This document shows, piece after piece, positions 33,971 through 42,923 of a stretch of 64,000 nucleotides of DNA. This DNA is from an uncultured Rickettsiales bacterium (GTDB lineage: Bacteria > Pseudomonadota > Alphaproteobacteria > Rickettsiales > JABCZZ01): contig CAYVTI010000003.1 of NCBI GenBank assembly GCA_964454545.1, positions 6,676 through 70,675 of the forward strand, given 5' to 3'. Made by a program: the position numbers and the translations under genes. The notes beneath the pieces were generated by a model, which did not search any database, had not been told where the DNA came from, and saw only the letters and a program-made list of their open reading frames with translations. Position 1 is the first letter of the stretch. Every line of letters begins with the position of its first letter.

Positions 33971-34534
33971 TTACGGCAACATGCGCTGGATCTCCTGCTC
34001 TTTATCTATAAACTGGTGCTTGAGCACCGCCAGGATATGCAATGCAAGGAGTGCGTACAGCAGATAGCCGAACAGGGTATGCGCCTGTCCGAACAAGGTG
34101 TGCAACGCTTCCTTTCTGGCCGCATCTTCCATATAGTGAAAATAGCCAATGCGCGGCCAGGGAATCAGGCCGAAGAGCCGCATCGGGTGCGCTGCCGCAT
34201 CTTTCCAGGCGGAATCGTGCATCCATCCGGACAGAGGCAAAGCCAGCATCAGCAGATATAACAGGAGGTGCGCCGCATGCGCGCTGGCTCTCTCCCAACG
34301 CCGGTATGAGTCAGGCAGCGGCGGGGGCCTATGCGATATCCGCCAGAGAATACGGAGCATAACCAGGCCGAGCACGGTTATCCCGATGGATTTGTGCGTA
34401 TCAATCACGGTGCGTATCCACGCATCCGGAAATGAATCGGCTAATGTCCCCAGCGCCAGGTTAACCAGAATCAAAAGTGCAACCAGCCAGTGCAGAATTA
34501 TAGCTGTTTTCGTATACCGGGTATGTTCGCTCAT
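33971..34534 (-). CDS. Cytochrome b561 family protein
   Basis: YTKTAIILHWLVALLIL..HKSIGITVLGL..four TM segments with conserved His residues. Start ATG 34534 is preferred (ORF opens at 34552). Confidence 0.75.
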   Translation of the reverse strand: MSEHTRYTKTAIILHWLVALLILVNLALGTLADSFPDAWIRTVIDTHKSIGITVLGLVMLRILWRISHRPPPLPDSYRRWERASAHAAHLLLYLLMLALPLSGWMHDSAWKDAAAHPMRLFGLIPWPRIGYFHYMEDAARKEALHTLFGQAHTLFGYLLYALLALHILAVLKHQFIDKEQEIQRMLP

Positions 34535-34698
34535 ATGGGCATATAGCTTCAATCTGTCTGGACATTCAACGGGATATGAATTACACAGGCAATATAGTGT
34601 AAGTTAACTCTCATTGCTAGGCTAATAATCCCCGTTTGACAGCCTTACCGAACTTAGTCCTTTACGCTTCATCACCCCGGCTTTCGCCGCCTGCCGCT

Positions 34699-36096
34699 AT
34701 GCCATTGCGCAGCAGGATCATTCACGGCAGCGTTCTGGCACTGTGGATCGCGCTGCTCTGCATGGCCTTTATGCGGAACAGCGTTTTTGCCTGGTCCGTC
34801 GGCCTTGCCTATATCGGTTACGACACGCTGCTGCTTGCCTTCGTCTTCGTGCAGACCCTGAGCCTGCTGAAGACAAGCCCACCTCCGCCTGCGGGAGTCC
34901 GCAGCACGGTAAGCGTTGTGGTTGCGGTGTATAATGAAGCGGAAATTCTGCCGGCTAATATTGAGGCGCTTCTTAAGCAATCGGATCCTCCTGACCACAT
35001 CATTATTGCCGATGACGGATCGACGGATGCTACTTCCGAAATATTAGCCGGGCGCTATGGCATACAGGTCCCGGCATACGGAGAGATTAGCCCGCCCGGT
35101 TCCCTGTACCCATCCTTGCGCTGGCTGCGCCTGCCGCATGGCGGAAAAGCCAGAACGCTGAACAGCGCGATTTCCTTCGTCAGCACGGATGTCGTTCTGA
35201 CGGTGGATGGCGATACGCTGCTGGATAGAGAAGCTATAGGGGCAGTGCGGCGCGCCTTTTCGTCTGATGCCGATCTGGCCGCCGTGACCGGCGTGCTCAT
35301 TCCGGTTTGCAGCGGTTCGCTGGCCGGGAAATGCTTTCAATTCTTCCAGACCTATGAATATATCCGCAACTTCATTTCGCGTTACGCATGGATGCGCAAG
35401 GATAGCTTATTGCTGGTATCCGGCGCTTTTGCCGGTTTCCGCAGGGATGCGCTGGTTGCAGCAGGGGGCTTCGATCCGGACTGCCTGGTGGAGGATTATG
35501 AATTAATTCACCGGCTGCACCGCTATAGTGCCCTGCACCGGCTGCCGTGGCGGATTCGCGTTCTTGGCGAAGCGCGTGCGCTGACCCATGCCCCGAGCAG
35601 CATAAGCGCATTCCTGCGCCAGCGGCGGCGGTGGTTCGGAGGTTTTCTGCAAACGCATTACTGGTACCGTGATATGGTGGGCAACGCGTTCTACGGCTCT
35701 CTTGGAACGCGGATGCTTCCGGTGAAAGCTGTCGACACGCTACAGCCTGTCTACGGCCTTACGGCGTTCATTCTCCTGATAGGTTTTCTGGCCACAGGCA
35801 GGTCCAGCATTCTTATCCCGGTGGCCGCCGCGATGGGCGTCAAGATCGCAATTGATCTCGCGTTTCATGTGTGGTCCGTCCACCTGTACAGGCGGTGGGT
35901 GGGCAACGTTACCCGGGTCAACTTTATCAGGGCATTAGTGTCGGCTGTCGCCGAGCCGTTCACCTTTCAGATATTACGCCATCTCGGGGCTGTCTGGGGA
36001 TGGGCGTCCATTCTCACCGGGCACTGGGACGCCTGGGGAAAACAGAGCCGTGCGGACGCTCAGGCAGGACTCATTCACAGCCGGATTATTCGTTAA
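34699..36096 (+). CDS. Processive family-2 glycosyltransferase (PgaC/NodC/cellulose-synthase-like), membrane-embedded
   Basis: Motifs VSVVVAVYNE, ADDGSTD, VDGDTLL, VEDYEL and QRRRW, with TM segments at both ends. The ORF opens at TTG 34636. The stop codon overlaps the pelG stop (36093-36096). Confidence 0.75.
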   Translation: MPLRSRIIHGSVLALWIALLCMAFMRNSVFAWSVGLAYIGYDTLLLAFVFVQTLSLLKTSPPPPAGVRSTVSVVVAVYNEAEILPANIEALLKQSDPPDHIIIADDGSTDATSEILAGRYGIQVPAYGEISPPGSLYPSLRWLRLPHGGKARTLNSAISFVSTDVVLTVDGDTLLDREAIGAVRRAFSSDADLAAVTGVLIPVCSGSLAGKCFQFFQTYEYIRNFISRYAWMRKDSLLLVSGAFAGFRRDALVAAGGFDPDCLVEDYELIHRLHRYSALHRLPWRIRVLGEARALTHAPSSISAFLRQRRRWFGGFLQTHYWYRDMVGNAFYGSLGTRMLPVKAVDTLQPVYGLTAFILLIGFLATGRSSILIPVAAAMGVKIAIDLAFHVWSVHLYRRWVGNVTRVNFIRALVSAVAEPFTFQILRHLGAVWGWASILTGHWDAWGKQSRADAQAGLIHSRIIR

Positions 36097-37481
36097 GCCA
36101 CCTTCAGCGAATTGTTGTTCGTGATGAACGCATGGTACGGCAGGTTGCGCAAGTGGGCGAACAGCGCAATCGTCGTCGTCACGAAGATGACGAGCGACGC
36201 GGCAAAATAGCCGTATCCGTAATAAGGGAAGCCGAGATCGATGGTGAACAGGGTAAACACCGAGTTGGAAACCAGGAACATGCCCTGGATCCACAGGGTT
36301 ATCCTGCGGCAGTCGAAATAGGAGAGGATAATCAGCTCGAACAGCGTGAGCACATGGAAGAAGGCGCCGAGCGTCCCGAGACGGAAGATCCCGATCTGCA
36401 GATAATTGATGTCGAACATCTCAAACAGCTTTGAAGCAGTGAGGATGGAAACCAGCGTGATGGCGCCCTGCACCACGAAGAAATTACGCGAGCTTTCAAG
36501 CAGGGTCCTGATAATGTCCTGATGGTTCTTCCTTATGGTTATGAGCGGCTTATGGGCGAGGATGTCTTCATAGAAACGCTGGTATTTCGTAAAAAAGTTG
36601 GTTTCGATGCTGAAAATAAATATCGCCATGGCGGGCACGATGGTGAGATAGGCGAGGAACATCGCGCTGTCGTAATTGGGATAATAGGTCATTTTGCTGG
36701 GCAGCGTGACGGCTTCCGGCGCGAACATCCACATCAACCATTTATCAGCCCAGATGGCGGCGTTGTACAGGCAGCCGCTCACCGCGAGTTCCCAATACTT
36801 GATGAAATACTGGTGCAGGCTGGTGTTACTTACGAGCCTGTACGGATATTCGGCGAAGACTTTGCCGATAAGCGAGAATGCGATCCATGTGACACCGATA
36901 TTAAAGCCGTTTAACATCCCGACCGCGCCGTAATCAAACTTGAACAGGTAGCTGAAAATGATGGCAAGCAGCATGCCGACGCCAAACGCACGGCTTACGG
37001 TTTTATAGTCCTTGAGCGCCGTCATATAGACGCCGAGCAGCCAGACGGAGGAAATCAGGAACAGGTTGATGATGGCGCTGAGCCGCATGCTCAGGTCCAT
37101 ATTGGTGTAGAAGCCGTAATAGAAGAACGCTACCGGCACCAGGATGCAGTAGAGCATGACCAGGCTGTCCAGCATCACTGTCGGGACGTTGGTGACATCC
37201 TTCCTATGGATGCAGTCGGCGAGATAACGGGTGATGACCATGTAGATAGGGGCGGAAAGCACCAGCGAGAAGCCGAAATTATATACTACCACGATGCGGA
37301 AGTTGACCAGCTGATCGATGGTGAAATAGTTGAGGAAGAGCAAGGAAATGCTGCCAAGCGCCAGCACGGTGAAGAGCCAGGGGCCGGTCGAGGCTATGGT
37401 GGCATGCACATACGCTCCCGCGATGCCCAATAGATCATCCTTGCCTGCAAGACGCTTCAGCTCGAACCCAATACCCGCCAT
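36093..37481 (-). CDS. pelG: Pel polysaccharide membrane protein PelG
   Basis: 462 aa with about 12 TM segments. N-terminus MAGIGFELKRL..LLGIAGAYVHATIASTGPW is typical of PelG. It is the last gene of a pelDEFG block. Confidence 0.8.
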   Translation of the reverse strand: MAGIGFELKRLAGKDDLLGIAGAYVHATIASTGPWLFTVLALGSISLLFLNYFTIDQLVNFRIVVVYNFGFSLVLSAPIYMVITRYLADCIHRKDVTNVPTVMLDSLVMLYCILVPVAFFYYGFYTNMDLSMRLSAIINLFLISSVWLLGVYMTALKDYKTVSRAFGVGMLLAIIFSYLFKFDYGAVGMLNGFNIGVTWIAFSLIGKVFAEYPYRLVSNTSLHQYFIKYWELAVSGCLYNAAIWADKWLMWMFAPEAVTLPSKMTYYPNYDSAMFLAYLTIVPAMAIFIFSIETNFFTKYQRFYEDILAHKPLITIRKNHQDIIRTLLESSRNFFVVQGAITLVSILTASKLFEMFDINYLQIGIFRLGTLGAFFHVLTLFELIILSYFDCRRITLWIQGMFLVSNSVFTLFTIDLGFPYYGYGYFAASLVIFVTTTIALFAHLRNLPYHAFITNNNSLKVA

Positions 37482-37487
37482 ATGCTG

Positions 37488-38978
37488 TTATCCTCTCCTC
37501 GTGCACTGCGCATATAGTTCCTTATATGCGACATATTGATCTTTCTTGCTGTAATAACTGGCAACACGCGTACGGATCGCATGCGAGCATTTTGCGTAGA
37601 ATTCCTTGTCGGTCAGCAGCTTGAAAACGCCTTCGGCGATCGCCCTCGGGTTGGAGGGGGAAACGACTATGCCGCCTGCGCCCAGCGCAGGGTCTTCATC
37701 CGGCTTGCCGAGAATCATCTCGCGACATGCGCCTACGTCGGTCGCGACGGTCGGAATGCCGCAGGCGCCGGCTTCCAGAATCGAGAGCGGCTGCGCCTCG
37801 CTTATGCTGCTCAGCACGACCACGTCTATTTCCGGCAGGTATTCCTTGATATCCACACGGCCGGTAAAGGTTACGGTTTTCTGCAGGGTAAAGTAATCCA
37901 CAATGGACTTGCATTCCTCGAAATATTCCGGATCTTCATCCGTCGGGCCCATGATGATGACGCGCAGGTCCGGCAGGGTGGCGCTTAAGGCGCCGATAGC
38001 GCGCAGGAAGTTCTTCACGTCCTTGATCGGAACCACGCGGCCTATGAGCGCCACGGTTGGCGTCGGATGGGGTCTTGGCTCAATTTTGCTGTAGATCCCG
38101 GTATCGATGCCGTTCGGGATGACGCGCATCTTGTCCGGATCGGCGCCATCGGCTGTCTGCGCTACCTGGTTGCCGGAGAACAGGGTGATGATGTGATCGC
38201 ACGCCTGATAGCAGATGCGCGAATAATTGGCGAAGGCCGTTCCCCACAGGTCTCGCAGGTTAAAGCGCGTGCGGTCTATTGTCATGGCGTTGGAAGAAGC
38301 GCCTTCCTCAAGCCAGTTCGCTGACGATATTTCCACGCGGCGCTCGTTGGTGTAAATGCCATGTTCCGTGAGAATCAGCGGACGTCCCGTCTTGATTTTC
38401 GCGCAGGCGCCGAGCAGCCCGGCATAGCCGGTGCTGAGCGCATGATAGCATTTCGCCTGCGGCAGATCCGCGATCATGAGCGTATAAAGTCCGCCCAACA
38501 CGGAACGCCAGGACCAGAAATAGTTGAGCAGGGAGCTTTGGGCGAAAGAGTTTTCGTACATGGACACCGTCAGATCCCATGCGGCTTCGCTGTCCAGCAT
38601 CACCTTCCTGCCGATGATGCCGTGATAAGGCTTTACCGTGTCCATAATCTGGCGGAAGTCGCGCAGCGAAGCCTTTTCCGTGGTGATATGGATAAGCGGG
38701 TTGCGCAACGTATCAAAAATCTTCCTGGCCTTAGGTTTTGGCAGGTCCTTGCCGATCGGCAGCTTGTGCAGGTGCAGCGTCGTCAGCCCTTTGACATTCT
38801 TGGGCAGCGTATAGCGCATTTTGGGATTTTCATCGCGCGGCAGGATGGCGATAACATGGAAGGCCAGATGAGCGTTCTCGCGAATCATCTCATGCGTCCA
38901 GGTGGATACGCCGCCGGCGACGTAGGGATAGCTTCCTTCAAGTATCAGGCAGACATCCACACTATCTTTTGCGCTCAT
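37488..38978 (-). CDS. pelF: Pel glycosyltransferase PelF (GT4)
   Basis: 496 aa. N-terminal VCLILEGSYPYVAGGVSTW motif and a C-terminal GT4 E-x7-E region (SISEAQPLSILEAGACGIP). Confidence 0.85.
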   Translation of the reverse strand: MSAKDSVDVCLILEGSYPYVAGGVSTWTHEMIRENAHLAFHVIAILPRDENPKMRYTLPKNVKGLTTLHLHKLPIGKDLPKPKARKIFDTLRNPLIHITTEKASLRDFRQIMDTVKPYHGIIGRKVMLDSEAAWDLTVSMYENSFAQSSLLNYFWSWRSVLGGLYTLMIADLPQAKCYHALSTGYAGLLGACAKIKTGRPLILTEHGIYTNERRVEISSANWLEEGASSNAMTIDRTRFNLRDLWGTAFANYSRICYQACDHIITLFSGNQVAQTADGADPDKMRVIPNGIDTGIYSKIEPRPHPTPTVALIGRVVPIKDVKNFLRAIGALSATLPDLRVIIMGPTDEDPEYFEECKSIVDYFTLQKTVTFTGRVDIKEYLPEIDVVVLSSISEAQPLSILEAGACGIPTVATDVGACREMILGKPDEDPALGAGGIVVSPSNPRAIAEGVFKLLTDKEFYAKCSHAIRTRVASYYSKKDQYVAYKELYAQCTRRG

Positions 38979-40153
38979 ACTTTATTTCCTGATAACTTAT
39001 TTCCTGCCCAGAGGGAGAGTGCTTCGCGCATTCCCGGATTTAAGGCGGCGGCCTGTATCGATACCGGCGGGAGGCTGGCGCGGTACCTGCGCAGATCGTC
39101 GTAACGGCCACAGGCGAAGAGCGCTTCGCTGTACCACAGGGATATGGAGTCCGAGGCATAACCGGCAGTGATGCACTGACGGAACCAATCGCATGCCTTG
39201 GTATATTCTTTCTCGCGCATCAGTATGCGACCGATGCGGTTGCGCGGCTCGATGTCCTGCGGCTGCATCTGGAGGTACTCATTGTAATATTCAAGCGCTT
39301 TCTGGCGGTTGAGCTGCTCACGGTCGAAATCGAGCAGGCCGGTATAGGCATAATTGTCATAATGCTCGGCAAGCGCCCAGGTGACCAGGTGATCCTTCGG
39401 ATGAAGGTTCTTTATCTCGGCCAGCTGCATCATGCGCTTCAGAAAGATGGATTCCACCTTGCTGATGCCGGTTGCGGCCATGACGCGGATGGTGTTGCTG
39501 CTGTCGCTGAGCGCCTTGCGGAACACGGGAGCGAAATTCGGATGGAAATGGGACGTGGCTTTGGCCAGCGCCTGGCGTTTCTGCACTTCGCTGCCGAACG
39601 ACAGTACGTCCATGAATGAAACCACGCTATAGGGAACGCTCGATTCATCGCGGCCGATGACGATGTCGTCATAGATACGCTGGGAAATGGTCTGCAGCTG
39701 CCTCGGGAAGATGCTTTCGAACCATTCCTCGAACGCGAGCGCGTGGCGGTTGCCCCACAGGTAGGTGAGAATGGACAGTACAGAGCCAGCGGCACCGAAC
39801 GGCCCGGTCATCATGACGGATATCAGCATGAGCCACATGAAGCGCGCTTCGGAGCCGCGTCTCATCAATACCGCAAATACGGCCAGTATCATTACGGTGA
39901 GCATATGCAGGAAGAGCCCTGCCAGCGGAGATATATTGTTCCTGATAATGCCATAGAGCAGAAAGAACTCCAGCGGCGTGATTATGAGGCTTGCCAGCAG
40001 GGTGACAAAGCCGCCGTTTTTTTCGCGTTGCAGATCATGGATGTCCGGTGTGGTAAGGTATTCGTCTACAGCTTTCGATGCTTCGTAAGCGGGAGATATT
40101 TTATTTGGTGCGTTTCTCATACACGGTCTGAACGGTAAAACTGAAATTTGCAT
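38975..40153 (-). CDS. pelE: PelE-like inner-membrane TPR protein
   Basis: TM segments in the N-terminal half and TPR-like repeats in the C-terminal half. It sits between pelD and pelF, with an ATGA overlap with the pelF start. The start is uncertain (40153 or 40120). Confidence 0.6.
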   Translation of the reverse strand: MQISVLPFRPCMRNAPNKISPAYEASKAVDEYLTTPDIHDLQREKNGGFVTLLASLIITPLEFFLLYGIIRNNISPLAGLFLHMLTVMILAVFAVLMRRGSEARFMWLMLISVMMTGPFGAAGSVLSILTYLWGNRHALAFEEWFESIFPRQLQTISQRIYDDIVIGRDESSVPYSVVSFMDVLSFGSEVQKRQALAKATSHFHPNFAPVFRKALSDSSNTIRVMAATGISKVESIFLKRMMQLAEIKNLHPKDHLVTWALAEHYDNYAYTGLLDFDREQLNRQKALEYYNEYLQMQPQDIEPRNRIGRILMREKEYTKACDWFRQCITAGYASDSISLWYSEALFACGRYDDLRRYRASLPPVSIQAAALNPGMREALSLWAGNKLSGNKV

Positions 40154-41474
40154 TCTTCAAAGATTTTTCGAGACTCTTATCAAGCGACTTGCGTATCTTA
40201 TCCACGACGATCTGTGCTCCCTGGCGGTTCGTTGTCGGCAACACGATGGAATATTCGTCGTTTGTTTCCTGGTGATCGAACGCCAGGTCGACTTTGCGCA
40301 GCACGTTATCTACCGATTCGGAAAGCACCCGTGCGATCTGCGAGCGCGTGCTATCGTCGAATTGCTGGGAATTGGTCAGCTTGATGGCGATCATCGATAC
40401 GTCAAAGCTGAGACGTTCCGCGAGCGAGCGCATATAGTCGGTATAGCGGGTGAAATAATTATAGGTAAACAGGTTGTGATCCGGGTTGATGATGCTTCCC
40501 TGCTTGGCAACCTGGTATTTATTGGCGTTGACGATGGACATGGTCGCCCAGTCGCATATCGATGCGAACGCTTCTATGTTGCTTAAATTCAGATCGGACA
40601 GGTTCATCCGTTCGATTTTCAGCATGCCGATGACCTGGCCGGATTCCTTGTCCAGCAGCGGTCCGGCGAGCACAGCCTGATCCGCGAGAATGCGTTCGTG
40701 ATCGCTGTTTGCGACGCAGAGCGTCTGCTGCCTGGCGACAATGGCCTGGTAGAGATTGCTGTCAGGGCCGAAGCTGCGTGTATATTCGTCTTCTTCTTGC
40801 CAGCCGTGCGTCATATCGACATCGAGACGGTTACCTAGCAGGCTGTAGACGGAAAACTGATCGGGTGAAAGCGATGCGCTGACCAGATCCCTGATGCCTT
40901 TTATGACGTCATTCGGACTCAGTGTCTCCATCGAGCGCGCCGCCTGGTAGGCCGCAATAGAGGAGCGCAGCTGGCCAGCCATGCGCAGTTCCAGCTGATC
41001 CTTCAGGGTTTTTACCCGCTGATAGGAGCCGGCGATGCTCTGCTCGCGTTCTTCTGATTCCTTCAGGCGGTTTTCCAGGGCGTTGCGTTCATTGATGTGC
41101 ATCATGCGCAGTTCCCCGAAGGCCACCGCTGACAGGATCCAGAGCAGCGGCAGTTTCAGCACGGAAAACATGTAGGCATATTCGTCCTGTGCGATGCTGT
41201 GATCCGGCATATTGCCGAACAGGAGCGCAATGCTGCAGGCGGAGGCGGCGATGATGCCTTCCCTGGTTCCGTACTTGCAGGAAATGAACAGCACGATTAG
41301 CCAGAACGGATGCGGATTGACGTCGAAGTAACGCGTCCGGTCAAACATGATGGAATCCAGAAGCAATAATATCACCAGCGATAGGATAATCTCCGCTACT
41401 GCCGAACTGCGCAGGCTGAAAACGGTCGGGCGTTCGGGCTGGGTGTAGGAGCGTGTTACTTCTAATGTCTGCAT
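40101..41474 (-). CDS. pelD: PelD-like c-di-GMP receptor (4 TM, coiled coil, GAF, degenerate GGDEF)
   Basis: 457 aa. It has N-terminal TM helices, a GAF-like middle region, and a C-terminal RKVD (RxxD I-site-like) followed by TNDEY where PelD carries its degenerate GGDEF motif. Confidence 0.7.
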   Translation of the reverse strand: MQTLEVTRSYTQPERPTVFSLRSSAVAEIILSLVILLLLDSIMFDRTRYFDVNPHPFWLIVLFISCKYGTREGIIAASACSIALLFGNMPDHSIAQDEYAYMFSVLKLPLLWILSAVAFGELRMMHINERNALENRLKESEEREQSIAGSYQRVKTLKDQLELRMAGQLRSSIAAYQAARSMETLSPNDVIKGIRDLVSASLSPDQFSVYSLLGNRLDVDMTHGWQEEDEYTRSFGPDSNLYQAIVARQQTLCVANSDHERILADQAVLAGPLLDKESGQVIGMLKIERMNLSDLNLSNIEAFASICDWATMSIVNANKYQVAKQGSIINPDHNLFTYNYFTRYTDYMRSLAERLSFDVSMIAIKLTNSQQFDDSTRSQIARVLSESVDNVLRKVDLAFDHQETNDEYSIVLPTTNRQGAQIVVDKIRKSLDKSLEKSLKNANFSFTVQTVYEKRTK

Positions 41475-41510
41475 ACGTGTGTTTCCATCGGGACTGATTT
41501 TACTGTGAAG

Positions 41511-42923
41511 TTAGAATCTGCACCGCAGGTACCCTCCTACGGTTGTCAGGTTATTCTGCGAATGCGCGCTGTCAATGCCGTGACTCGCACGCAGCTGCGC
41601 ATCCAGTATTTCGCCGAATTCATGGGTGAGCCTTCCTTCAAAGAGAGGCCCCCTGCCACCCAGGCGATCATACTGATACCCCGCCATCGCTTCCGCATAC
41701 GTGCTGGGATTGAAATCATAACCGACTTCGCCGAAGGGCGTATGTATTTCGCGCGAGAACAGATCCAGGAGACGCGTGTTGCCGCCGAGGGAATCTATGC
41801 TGCGTTTCTGGCTTTTGACATATTCCCCGTCTATGCTGTACCCGATATCGAAAAAGGGCTTGTGGTATTTCACTTCATCCACGATGCGGTATGTCATGCT
41901 GAAATCGCCCGTTATGCTATCGGCCACGTTGCTTGTTTTACGCAGGTTATAGCGGTTGACTCCCGCTCCGCCTTCCACGGTAAAATGGGCAGAGGGTTTT
42001 ATGGTATGGAGAACAGCCACCCTGTCGCGATTGGCGTCATCCAGCACGGCGTCCGGCAGTTCCCAGTAAGGGCGCTGGAATTCGCCGGTGAACTGCGTAA
42101 TGCCGAGCGGATTGAGGAAATTGTAATATAACCCGCCGCCCGCAGTGTCGTTGTTGCCGAATACGGACGCTTTGGCCAACTGGCCGTTCGCGGCGGAATA
42201 TTGCGCGAAGGCTTCACCTGCTTCCCTGTTGCCGTTGAAATCGCCAACCCTGCCGTCGGAAAGGCGTATATTCCTGCCCAAGGTATAGTTGTCTTTAACG
42301 CTGGCGCCTACCTGCACATGGGAGGTTGCGTTTATCAGGGCGCTTAATCCGCTTACATATTCCTTGGTGTCGCCGAATTTTATCCAGTCAAAATCCACCT
42401 GGGCGCCTTGCGCGTGCTGGCGGCGTATCTCTTTCTGGAGTTCAGTGATATCTTGATTCTCCGGAGACAGGGCGTGCGCCTGCTTAAGCAGTTCCAGAGC
42501 ATAAGGCCAGTTGCCGGCATAATTTTCAGCATTGGCGGCAAGTTGCAGCAGCTGGGGATCGTTCTTATCTTGCGCCAACAGGGAATCAAGAATCTTAGTG
42601 GCGTCATAAATATGGCCGGTTTCAAGATCCAGACGCGCATTCAGTTCTGAAAGCTGCTTATTGTTGCTATTGGGGCTGGGTTGCTCATTGTCCGGTTCGA
42701 TTGTGACCGGCTTCCCGCCGGACGACGTGCTGGAAGCATTAGCCTCATCCTGCTCCGATATGGCAAGCTGTTCATAGTGCACGGACGGATTATAGATACT
42801 CTCTGCGCTGTTGGTCGCATCGCCCGTGGCGCGCGCGCCGTATGCGGCAGTGGTGGACAAGAGTACGCAGATGCCTGCGGTCAGGTGGCGTTTCATGGCG
42901 GGGGATTTTATTGTATGTGTCAT
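41511..42923 (-). CDS. Outer-membrane beta-barrel protein with short N-terminal TPR region (equivalent to the PelB C-terminal porin part)
   Basis: Signal peptide MKRHLTAGICVLLSTTAAYG. TPR-like LLQLAANAENYAGNWPYALELLKQAHALSP. Alternating beta-strand pattern ending in a C-terminal ..YLRCRF. ATGA overlap with the upstream TPR gene. Confidence 0.6.
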   Translation of the reverse strand: MTHTIKSPAMKRHLTAGICVLLSTTAAYGARATGDATNSAESIYNPSVHYEQLAISEQDEANASSTSSGGKPVTIEPDNEQPSPNSNNKQLSELNARLDLETGHIYDATKILDSLLAQDKNDPQLLQLAANAENYAGNWPYALELLKQAHALSPENQDITELQKEIRRQHAQGAQVDFDWIKFGDTKEYVSGLSALINATSHVQVGASVKDNYTLGRNIRLSDGRVGDFNGNREAGEAFAQYSAANGQLAKASVFGNNDTAGGGLYYNFLNPLGITQFTGEFQRPYWELPDAVLDDANRDRVAVLHTIKPSAHFTVEGGAGVNRYNLRKTSNVADSITGDFSMTYRIVDEVKYHKPFFDIGYSIDGEYVKSQKRSIDSLGGNTRLLDLFSREIHTPFGEVGYDFNPSTYAEAMAGYQYDRLGGRGPLFEGRLTHEFGEILDAQLRASHGIDSAHSQNNLTTVGGYLRCRF

